A stretch of DNA of 64,000 nucleotides from Verrucomicrobiia bacterium. GTDB lineage: Bacteria; Verrucomicrobiota; Verrucomicrobiia; Limisphaerales; JADLHS01. Shown here one piece after another: positions 10,860 to 18,433 of the stretch. The DNA is taken from the NCBI GenBank assembly GCA_036274115.1, contig DASUGI010000208.1, positions 3,468 to 67,467 of the forward strand, in the 5' to 3' direction. A model generated the notes under the pieces. It made no database searches, was not told the DNA's origin, and worked only from the letters and a program-made list of their open reading frames with translations. A program made the position numbers and the translations under genes. Every line of letters begins with the position of its first letter. Position 1 is the stretch's first letter.

Positions 10860-10951
10860 AGGTGCGACTTCTCCCCGGGCGACCAGCCTTCGCCAAGGCT
10901 ACGGCTGGCAGGCCAGCCAATCTCATTTCAATGAAGAACAAAGACCGGACG

Positions 10952-10979
10952 GTGACATGTGACGAGTGACATGTGACGG
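10952..10979. repeat. 14-bp tandem duplication gtgacatgtgacgR x2
   Basis: gtgacatgtgacga / gtgacatgtgacgg are adjacent. The GTGAC units are inverted relative to the GTCAC heptads 30 bp downstream. Confidence 0.8.
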
Positions 10980-11006
10980 GAAGAGAACCCCGCGCCACAA
11001 TTTCGT

Positions 11007-11076
11007 GTCAGTCGTCACCCGTCACCCTTCACCCGTCACCCTTCACTCGTCACCCGTCACTCGTCACTCGTCACCC
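11007..11076. repeat. heptamer tandem repeat (GTCAYYC) x10
   Basis: gtcagtc gtcaccc gtcaccc ttcaccc gtcaccc ttcactc gtcaccc gtcactc gtcactc gtcaccc, ending 37 nt upstream of the ATG at 11113. Confidence 0.9.
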
Positions 11077-11112
11077 GGTTGACTCCGTTTCCATGACGGC
11101 GGACCGTGCCCC

Positions 11113-11655
11113 ATGGCAAACACCATTCGCTTTGGAGACCTGGTTCGCTCAGCGGGAAGGCCGCAAACGTTTACGCTTTGGTCGGGGGACCCGAAGAAGG
11201 ATCGGACCTTGCAACAGGCCATCCGGAAAAAGCGGGTGCTGACGGTGTTTCAAGAGCCCACCAGCACCAGGAAACCCTTTGGACGCATCGGCTATCATCA
11301 GAAGGACTCCGCCATTTACCTGCTCTTTCCCCGATCCCTGCCGCCGGACACCGAATCCAGAGTGATTGGCATTAACTTCGATTTGCTGGATGAACCCGTC
11401 GCAAAGACTTCAGCTCCGAAGAAGACGAAGAAGGTGTCGCCGGACAAACCACCAGTGCGGGTACCTCAGTCCCGGCCGCAAAAGGAATTCCGAGTGACCC
11501 TGCGGCGTCAGCTCACGAAGGAACTCGTACTCACAGTAACGGCTCCTCATCAAAGCGCCGCCAGGCAAGAGGCACTTGAAACCGCGCGGAACACACCGTT
11601 GGAATTTGATCCGGCCGAGGTGCAGATCAAGATCGTCAATGTAAGTGCAGCCTGA
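11113..11655 (+). CDS. hypothetical protein
   Basis: 180 aa ORF with ATG start and a coding-like composition. Lys/Pro-rich central linker. No motif recognised. Confidence 0.5.
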   Translation: MANTIRFGDLVRSAGRPQTFTLWSGDPKKDRTLQQAIRKKRVLTVFQEPTSTRKPFGRIGYHQKDSAIYLLFPRSLPPDTESRVIGINFDLLDEPVAKTSAPKKTKKVSPDKPPVRVPQSRPQKEFRVTLRRQLTKELVLTVTAPHQSAARQEALETARNTPLEFDPAEVQIKIVNVSAA

Positions 11656-11984
11656 GTCAGCCAAATGGCCGGGTTTGAAGACTTTCGGGCATCACCTCAC
11701 CCGGCGCATCTCCGTGCCGCCTTCGAGGCGGTGCGACCCAGCACTCCCTGGGCAATACAGCCAATCAGAGAGTCCGGCGAATGACTCCACAAAAACCAAG
11801 GCTCCACCCCATAGGAATGTCCTGGCGACCACGTGAAGTTCGTCGCAGATGAGCCGGCACGCTGGTTCAGGTTCGCCTGCCGGGACAATGGTTCGGGCGG
11901 CAGACCTGAACGCAGTACTGGCACTCGTCCCTGAGCGGCAAGCCTCGGAATTTTTCCGTGGACTGGTGCGAAGCGGCATAACCC

Positions 11985-12497
11985 ATGAACCAGGAAAAAG
12001 GACTTAAGATGAAATTACGACGAGAACCAAAGCAAAGCCGGGGTTCGCTCCCGGTGCAACGCAGTAACGTGTCTCCCGGCGCGCAATTAAACCGGCTGCG
12101 AAATGAAATTGATCGCTTGTTTGAAGATCCCTTTGGGGCCTTCGCTCGGGCGGCAAGCTTCTTCGAGGGTTGGGAGCCGTCCCTGGATGTTTATGAAGAC
12201 CGGGACAAGATCACGATCAAAGCCGAGCTGGCCGGGATGAAGCTTGAAGACATTGATGTGCGCGTGGATGGAAACACGTTGTCCATCTCCGGCGAACGCA
12301 AGTGCGAGGAAGAGAAAACCGAGGGCGAGCGTTGCCGGTCGGAGCGCTATTTCGGCCGGTTTCAACGAAGCATCGGGCTCTCCACCGCCATCGATGCCGA
12401 GAAGGTTTCCGCGAAGTACCGCGACGGCATTCTGACGGTGGTCTGTCCGAAGGCCGAACAGGCAAAATCCCGGCAAATTGAAATCAAGAACGCTTAG
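11985..12497 (+). CDS. Hsp20/alpha-crystallin family small heat-shock protein
   Basis: WEPSLDVYEDRDKITIKAELAGMKLEDIDVRVDGNTLSISGERK ... AKYRDGILTVVCPK. Alternative start at 12009. Confidence 0.85.
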   Translation: MNQEKGLKMKLRREPKQSRGSLPVQRSNVSPGAQLNRLRNEIDRLFEDPFGAFARAASFFEGWEPSLDVYEDRDKITIKAELAGMKLEDIDVRVDGNTLSISGERKCEEEKTEGERCRSERYFGRFQRSIGLSTAIDAEKVSAKYRDGILTVVCPKAEQAKSRQIEIKNA

Positions 12498-12526
12498 CGA
12501 CCGCAACCGGTCAGGGGTGTGGCCGG

Positions 12527-12934
12527 ATGCCGAGCGAGAAAGGAATTATGAACGCAGTCACAGAGAGAGACAGGCGCATGACCCGGGAAACGGGTGAGCG
12601 CGAGCGGAACTTCGTCCTTCCGTTGGCCAACATTTCGGCGCACGAACAGGAGTACGTGGTTGAGCTGGAAATGCCCGGAGTGGATCAATCCGGCCTGGAA
12701 GTCACGGTTGAAGGCGACGAACTGACGATTGTCGGTCGCCGGAAACCGGATCTGGCGAACGGTGACTTATGTTATTGCGAGTCGGCTCAAGCGGACTATC
12801 GGCGGGTCTTCGAGATGGGTCCGGACGTGGACGCTTCCCGAATCACAGCGCGCATGAACCAGGGCGTTTTGACGCTGCGCATGCCGAAAAGCGAGAAAGC
12901 AAAGCCGCGGCGGATTGAAATCAAGCCGGGTTGA
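12527..12934 (+). CDS. Hsp20/alpha-crystallin family small heat-shock protein
   Basis: EYVVELEMPGVDQSGLEVTVEGDELTIVGRRK ... ARMNQGVLTLRMPK. Lies 29 nt after the previous Hsp20 gene, so probably in one operon. Confidence 0.85.
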   Translation: MPSEKGIMNAVTERDRRMTRETGERERNFVLPLANISAHEQEYVVELEMPGVDQSGLEVTVEGDELTIVGRRKPDLANGDLCYCESAQADYRRVFEMGPDVDASRITARMNQGVLTLRMPKSEKAKPRRIEIKPG

Positions 12935-13272
12935 AAAGGCGGCGCGACATCCTCAGTTAACGAGGGATGGACCCGCATCAAATCGCCGTCTGAAAGACCG
13001 CGAAGCCAACCTGCTTTGTCCCAACGTGGGTCAACGTCCCACGAAAGCATTCCCTCGCGGGGAGAGTGCAGGAACATTCCGGGTCTCGCGGCTTCTCGCA
13101 CGCGCCAGCAGCTTCAAGTGTTGCGCGACATGAACTTGTTAGTCCACGTCGAGTGCGGCGTCCGGCCGTGCCGTGAGTTTTCTTTCGCGTGGTTGGCGCA
13201 TTTCGCGTCCCGGCTTTCAATTGCGGTCGCTTGCCGCTTGCTCACGTCAGCACAGAGGCGTAACGTGCGGGC

Positions 13273-13497
13273 ATGTTGGATTGGACCAAATGTGCAGCGG
13301 TAGAACGCGTGCCCGGCAAGGTTAGCGGCGCCTGGTTGTTCAAGGGAACGCGCGTGCCCGTGCAGGCCCTGTTCGAAAACCTGGAGGGTGGCGCTACGGT
13401 GGACCAGTTCCTTGAATGGTTTCCCGGCGTGACTCGCGAGCAAGTGTTGAACGTCCTCAAGTTCGCCGAGTCATCGCTTTCGGTGGCGGCGGCGTGA
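13273..13497 (+). CDS. DUF433-type antitoxin-like protein
   Basis: VPGKVSGAWLFKGTRVPVQALFENLEGGATVDQFLEWFPGVTREQV matches the DUF433 pattern. A PIN-like partner follows 11 nt downstream. Confidence 0.75.
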   Translation: MLDWTKCAAVERVPGKVSGAWLFKGTRVPVQALFENLEGGATVDQFLEWFPGVTREQVLNVLKFAESSLSVAAA

Positions 13498-13508
13498 GCC
13501 GGCCAACC

Positions 13509-13824
13509 ATGCGCGTCCTCTTCGATCAAGGCACGCCCGCACCCTTGCGCCGCGCGCTGGCGTCGCACGAGGTTTTCCACGGCGTTTGAGTTAGGCTGGT
13601 CGAACCTGGAGAACGGTGATTTGTTGCGTGCCGCCGAAGGGCGCTTCGATGTCTTTGTCACCACCGATCAGAATCTGCGGTATCAGCAGAATCTCACTGG
13701 ACGCCAGTTGGCGATTCTGGTCTTGCCCACCACCAACTGGCCGGAAATTCAGCGGCATCAAGATGATGTCGTTACCGCTGTGAACTCAATGAGACCGGGC
13801 GAGTATCGTGAGTTACGCTGGTGA
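13509..13824 (+). pseudogene. PIN-like (DUF5615-type) toxin partner of DUF433, frameshifted
   Basis: MRVLFDQGTPAPLRRALASHEVF runs into TGA at 13587. The family sequence continues in another frame as TAFELGWSNLENGDLLRAAEGRFDVFVTTDQNLRYQQNL...(to 13824). The shift lies in or next to the tttt-cc run at 13573-13578. Confidence 0.65.
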
Positions 13825-14317
13825 AGATGTTCTCCGCCATGGAAACTTCGTCGGCATTGTGCTCAACTCGTCGGTCATTCATTCGCCGCAGCAAGCCACG
13901 AATCAACTGGCCGCCCAGGAACGCTGGCTGCGGGCGGAACTGGAGCGTGCCCGCCAGAGCCAGGCGCAGCCCATCGTGATCTTCGCGCATCATCCCTGGT
14001 TTCTGAAAGCCGCCGATGAGCCGGAATACTTCAACATCCCGCGCGCGCGACGCGCTGCCTACCTGGGCCTGTTTCAGGAGTTCGACGTGAAACAACTTTT
14101 CTCCGGGCACTATCACCGCAACGCCCTGGCCCGCGCCGGCGAACTTGAAGCCGTCACCACCGGCCCGGTCGGCAAGCCCCTGGGCGGCGGCAAATCCGGC
14201 TTACGCGTCGTCATCGTGCGCGGTGACCAGGTGGAGCATCGCTTCTACGACTTCGGCGAACTGCCGGATCGCATTGACCTCTCGGCCAGGCTCTCAGGGG
14301 AAACAAAACCCCGTTAG
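13808..14317 (+). pseudogene. calcineurin-like metallophosphoesterase, C-terminal half only (5'-truncated)
   Basis: Only the late motifs are present (IVIFAHHP, SGHYHRN = GHxH). The DxH, GDxxD and GNHD motifs are absent. There is an in-frame TGA at 13790-13792 just upstream. A gene caller may still call it as a short GTG-start CDS. Confidence 0.55.
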
Positions 14318-14382
14318 CAACGGGTGTTTCACGTTCGGAAGAGATGATTAAAACTTGATTTGCCCACAAGTGAACTGCATTG

Positions 14383-15144
14383 ATGTGGGCCGTGGAAACC
14401 ATCCTTTTCGCCCAAATCGGCGACTCCAGTTCGAACCTTTTTTGGAATGCCGTTGGCTCAGCAGTCGGTGGCTTTCTCGGGGTCATCGTTTTTTTCATAG
14501 TACGACGCTGTTATCACCACAAGATGACGACTCCCGAGTTGGTGCGAACATATCTTTGCGCAAGCAAGGTCAATACAGGGCAAGAAAAGGAATCAAGAGG
14601 GGAACTCCAACACCATTCCGGTCGGGCGATAACTGACTCTCGAGAATACGAAAAGCTCAATGCTGGTAGAGCTATATGGCAATGGTCGCGAGACAAAAGC
14701 GGCGACAAGAAAGGGAACAGTGTGTTTTATGGGCCATATTCGACCGATATGATACCGCCCGGTCTCTACTCCATTACATTTCGTATTTTGGGCAAAGGTT
14801 TTCCGAAGGAGGAGGACTTGAGAAAGGATGTCAACATTCTGGAGATTGATGCGGTCTGCGGACTACCTCATATAGTGACCACTAATCAAGGAATCGGAAT
14901 TCTCGAAACTCAACCCAAGATGGCCAGACGTTTTATCCGAGTTAGCGAGTTGGCTAAGGAAGGATGGCAGGATTACGAGTTGAGAGTATGGTCGGATGGA
15001 AGAGGCGTGTGGGAGTACCGAGCGTTCGCGTTTGACGGTGCCGGTGGAGAAGACAATCTCAAGGATTTTGGATCAAATGCTGAAATCTATTTTGAGAGCG
15101 TTACTATCTATCGACTTCCTCCGCGTCAATTGATACCCGACTAA
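14383..15144 (+). CDS. membrane-tethered protein of unknown function (one N-terminal TM helix plus ~190 aa unassigned domain)
   Basis: TM segment AVGSAVGGFLGVIVFFIV followed by RRCYHHK. AT-richer codon usage than the flanks. No catalytic motif recognised. Confidence 0.6.
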   Translation: MWAVETILFAQIGDSSSNLFWNAVGSAVGGFLGVIVFFIVRRCYHHKMTTPELVRTYLCASKVNTGQEKESRGELQHHSGRAITDSREYEKLNAGRAIWQWSRDKSGDKKGNSVFYGPYSTDMIPPGLYSITFRILGKGFPKEEDLRKDVNILEIDAVCGLPHIVTTNQGIGILETQPKMARRFIRVSELAKEGWQDYELRVWSDGRGVWEYRAFAFDGAGGEDNLKDFGSNAEIYFESVTIYRLPPRQLIPD

Positions 15145-15169
15145 CAAGTTAGCGCAAAAGGTGGTATGC

Positions 15170-15916
15170 ATGGCGAGCACCGATTACTTCAAATCGATTA
15201 CTGCTGAAATCTCGTCGCTGAAAAACCGTGTTCGTCATCTAATTAATAATGCCCATTGGCCAACAGACGGTGAGTGGAAGGAAAGCGTGGTCAGAACAAT
15301 TTTGCGAAGACACCTCCCCAAGCAGTACGGCGTGGGACGCGGTTTCATTCTCGCCGACACGGATACTTCTCGCCAGGTTGACGTTCTGATTTACGACACC
15401 GGCAAGCCGATTCTTCACCAGGATGGAGAGTTGGTCATCGTCACGAGCGATGCTGTTCGCGGAATTATTGAAGTAAAAACCAAAATCACTAACGCCGTAA
15501 TTGCCGAGACACTCCAAAAGGTTGCGGACAACGTGGAATTTGTAAACCGACGTCACGGATACGGCAGTTGTTTCCATGGGCTTTTCAGTTACGAATGGGA
15601 GGGACGGGACATCGGCACGGTTCTAACCCAAATCCGAGATGTTGCACAAGGTTCTGAAAGTCGCCGAATAAACTGCGTCAGTCTGGGCCGCTCGCACTTC
15701 ATTCGCTTTTGGGAAAGGCCACCAGGGCCTCCACCAAAAACAAACAACGTCTGGCGTGCATATCAACTGGACGAAATGTCTCCGGCGTATTTTCTGCATA
15801 ACGTTTTTGAGCACCTGTGTTCTGAATCAGTGCTCGCAAATAGTTCGCTTTGGTTTCCCTCCGAAGGGAAAGAAAGATCTCAAATTGGCGAGATCCAATT
15901 CATCCAGAGACACTAG
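15170..15916 (+). CDS. PD-(D/E)xK-fold protein resembling the uncharacterised DUF6602 family
   Basis: AAGGTGG lies 5 nt before the ATG at 15170. GEWKESVVRTILRRHLPKQYGVGRGFILADTDTSRQVDVLIYD ... AVRGIIEVKTKI gives a D...ExK nuclease-core pattern. A unique C-terminal extension of ~110 aa follows. Confidence 0.6.
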   Translation: MASTDYFKSITAEISSLKNRVRHLINNAHWPTDGEWKESVVRTILRRHLPKQYGVGRGFILADTDTSRQVDVLIYDTGKPILHQDGELVIVTSDAVRGIIEVKTKITNAVIAETLQKVADNVEFVNRRHGYGSCFHGLFSYEWEGRDIGTVLTQIRDVAQGSESRRINCVSLGRSHFIRFWERPPGPPPKTNNVWRAYQLDEMSPAYFLHNVFEHLCSESVLANSSLWFPSEGKERSQIGEIQFIQRH

Positions 15917-16029
15917 GTCTGGTCGTTAGGAATTTCGACGGAGTGCATCGCCGGAACTGACGCTGCATTATCAGCGTTCGGGTTGAATTCTACGATTCAA
16001 CATGATCAAATCTGGACGTGAATCTTTCC

Positions 16030-16245
16030 ATGACCGGCGAATTTGCTGCCGTTTACAAAAGCAATTCGCAGCGGGCGCGCGTGGTCACGGAAACCTGGGG
16101 CGAGCACAACCTTTATGGACTCACTCGCTCCCGTTCGTCCGCCCTGCGGCCTTTGCCTTCGGCAAATTCCTTTCGCCGTTTCCCGAACGGCTCAAGTGTC
16201 CAAACTGTTCTTCACCCAAGCTCGACCGGCAAGCGCGGGTTTGCG
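16030..16245 (+). pseudogene. remnant of a DpnI-family (methyl-directed) restriction endonuclease N-terminus
   Basis: MTGEFAAVYKSNSQRARVVTETWGEHNLY resembles my memory of the DpnI N-terminus (YKSNSQKARILTEDW..YCPNCG). The CPNCSSPKLDRQ part resumes 80 nt later in another frame. The rest of the enzyme is missing. Confidence 0.4.
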
Positions 16246-16273
16246 GGCGAGTGCGCTGAGAAGCGCATACGGA

Positions 16274-16351
16274 ATGGTAAACCATGGTAAACCGGATTGG
16301 GTTGACCTTGCGGCTGGACGGTAAACCACGATAAACTGAAACCCGTTTACC
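16274..16351. repeat. GGTAAACC motif array (3 direct copies plus 1 inverted)
   Basis: An exact 10-bp tandem atggtaaacc atggtaaacc (16274-16293), ggtaaacc at 16320-16327, and inverted gtttacc at 16345-16351. Confidence 0.7.
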
Positions 16352-16363
16352 ATCCGGGACAAC

Positions 16364-16510
16364 ATGGAACTGACACAGAATCTTTGGGAACGCTACGGGT
16401 TCACTGGCAATCCTTACGACACCAAAGCGCTTTCGTTGAGCAAAGCGGCTCCGCTCTCTGTGCAGGAAGCCTTGTGGAGCGGACCGCACCCGCGCCCGCA
16501 CGACTGTTGA
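16364..16510 (+). pseudogene. 48-aa stub resembling the N-terminus of a P-loop/AAA ATPase
   Basis: MELTQNLWERYGFTGNPYDTKALSLSKAAPLSVQEAL... has the hydrophobic-GxxxNP(F/Y)xxxxL opening common to several defence-type ATPases. It stops before any Walker motif. Confidence 0.25.
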
Positions 16511-16646
16511 CAAATTTTCTCCGCAGCCCCGGTGCGGCCCGCCCCAGCTGCAACTAACGCCGCCTGTGATGAGTGCTGAGTGAACAATCTCTAACGGATT
16601 TCTTGATGACTCGGTTAATCAGTCTCGGTATAACTGACATCGATAA

Positions 16647-17711
16647 ATGCGAAACGGCTCCACCCATAAGAACGGTCACGAAGCAAATGGGCGTTTGACG
16701 AGATACTCACGTATCCGCCGTCAGGCTGACGAACTCCGCGAGAGCGTCGTCGATGCCGTTACTAGCGCAATTCAAAATCTACCTCCCGCAGATAACGCTC
16801 CTGGCGCAGTTGACAAAATGCTTCGGGCAAATGCGATCTTGCGAAATGTGCCATGGCCACCTCCCTTTGACGAAACGTGTCATCGAGTTCATGAAGGCGA
16901 CGCGCGTAACCTTTCCTTTATTCCCTCTGAAAGTATCCATTTGGTTGTCACGTCGCCGCCATACTGGACATTGAAGGAGTATGAACCCCATAAGAGCCAA
17001 CTCGGTGCGATTGCCGACTACGAATTATTCCTGACCGAGTTAGACAAAGTTTGGCGGGAATGTTCGCGTGTTCTAGCGCCCGGTGGACGAATTTGCTGCG
17101 TTGTTGGTGACATCTGTGTGGCGCGTAAACGGGGCGGACGTCACTACATAGTCCCTCTCCATGCGGACATCCAAGTAAGAACTCGGCAATGGGGGCTTGA
17201 TTGTTTAACACCAATTCTGTGGCAGAAAATTGCCAACGGCGTTACTGAAGCGGAAGGGAACGGCGCTGGTTTCTACGGGAAGCCGTATCAGCCTGGGGCT
17301 ATCGTAAAAAACGACGTCGAATATATTCTTTTCCTGCGCAAGGGGGGAGAATATCGCTCGCCTTCACCTATTCAGCGTGCGCTTTCCATGTTGACCAAAG
17401 ACGAGATGCAGAAATGGATGCGGTCGTCTTGGACAGACATCAAGGGAGAGTCCACTCGCAAGGGTCACCCGGCGCCTTACCCAACTGCGTTGGCGGAGCG
17501 ATTGATCAAAATGTTTTCGTTCGCCGGTGATACCATCTTAGATCCGTTCGCCGGGACGGGTACGACAGCTGTCGCCGCGCTTAATACAGGGCGTAGCAGC
17601 ATCAGTGTTGAGATCGAACCGAAATACTTGGCGATAGCCCGCGATCGCCTGCGCAATGCAAATGGACTTCCTATCGCTGGCGCTATCCGTACGCGGGTCA
17701 TTCTCGAATAA
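16647..17711 (+). CDS. beta-class DNA methyltransferase (SPPY motif IV, probably N4-cytosine; N6-adenine not excluded)
   Basis: Motif IV LVVTSPPYW comes before motif I GDTILDPFAGTGTTAVAA, which is the circular order of the beta class. Confidence 0.85.
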   Translation: MRNGSTHKNGHEANGRLTRYSRIRRQADELRESVVDAVTSAIQNLPPADNAPGAVDKMLRANAILRNVPWPPPFDETCHRVHEGDARNLSFIPSESIHLVVTSPPYWTLKEYEPHKSQLGAIADYELFLTELDKVWRECSRVLAPGGRICCVVGDICVARKRGGRHYIVPLHADIQVRTRQWGLDCLTPILWQKIANGVTEAEGNGAGFYGKPYQPGAIVKNDVEYILFLRKGGEYRSPSPIQRALSMLTKDEMQKWMRSSWTDIKGESTRKGHPAPYPTALAERLIKMFSFAGDTILDPFAGTGTTAVAALNTGRSSISVEIEPKYLAIARDRLRNANGLPIAGAIRTRVILE

Positions 17712-18433
17712 TGGCAACTCAAACCGACTTCCATCTGCTTCGGACATTCCGAAGTCTATTCGAAGGCACGCTGTATAAGCATCGAGATTCTAGCCTCGGG
17801 GATCTCGTCGCTAGCCAACTTTACGAAGATCTCGTTGCGTTGAAAAAATCAGCGAAACTCGTGCAGCATGTTCAAGCACACGAGCGCGTCGTGAATCTTG
17901 GGAATAGAACCATCGGGCGACCCAGTCGCCGAGGCGACGGTACGTTTGGGGAAATAATACCAACCGCCGTAGCCATTACTGAAGCCGGCTTGCTAGTCGC
18001 ACGCGGGGAAGTGGCGAATATCGAAATCGGTGCCGAAACAAAGATATTGGCCAAAGCCATGATTAAGCAAATCGACCGCGTTATCGGTGACCTGATCCGG
18101 CAAGTTGAGGAATTCAAGAAAACTGGTGGAACTCCGATCTGTGTCGGCATAGTCGGTATCAACTGTGCCGAAACCTACACGTCTTACGAAGGCGAACGGG
18201 AATGGCCGACAGATGGCAAGAAACACAAACATCCGATCCAAGAGGCGGCTGAAGCCGAGCGTAGATTAACAAGTCGAGCGGCTTCGAGTTTTGATGAGTT
18301 CCAAATCCTCCGTTTTCGAGCTACCAACGTCTCGCCGTTCCCTTTTGAATGGGTAGATTTTGAACAAACCGCTAAGGAGTACGGCGCATTACTTATTCGT
18401 GTGTCACGGGAATATGATCGTCGCTTTTCCTAA
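17711..18433 (+). CDS. putative type II restriction endonuclease (cognate of the adjacent methyltransferase)
   Basis: TAATG stop/start overlap with the methyltransferase. Candidate PD-(D/E)xK pattern RRGDGTF ... IEIGAETKIL. Family not recognised. Confidence 0.5.
   Translation: MATQTDFHLLRTFRSLFEGTLYKHRDSSLGDLVASQLYEDLVALKKSAKLVQHVQAHERVVNLGNRTIGRPSRRGDGTFGEIIPTAVAITEAGLLVARGEVANIEIGAETKILAKAMIKQIDRVIGDLIRQVEEFKKTGGTPICVGIVGINCAETYTSYEGEREWPTDGKKHKHPIQEAAEAERRLTSRAASSFDEFQILRFRATNVSPFPFEWVDFEQTAKEYGALLIRVSREYDRRFS

Noticed and set aside
11007-11076. Heptamer array considered as a CRISPR array or as coding repeats (the track ORF 10973-11242 translates it as SPVTLHPSPFTRHPSLVTRHP)
   Set aside because: The period is 7 bp with no spacers, so it is not a CRISPR array. 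The ORF has no start context or homology logic and is created by the repeat itself.
11807-11814. CCCCATAG resembling the sigma-32 -10 box upstream of the Hsp20 pair
   Set aside because: There is no CTTGAAA-like -35 at 13-17 nt, and the site is about 170 nt from the start codon.
16121-16513. 130-aa minus-strand ORF covering the region between the DUF6602-like gene and the methyltransferase
   Set aside because: It is Arg-rich, overlaps both plus-strand gene wrecks and the GGTAAACC array, and has no motif. It is probably spurious.
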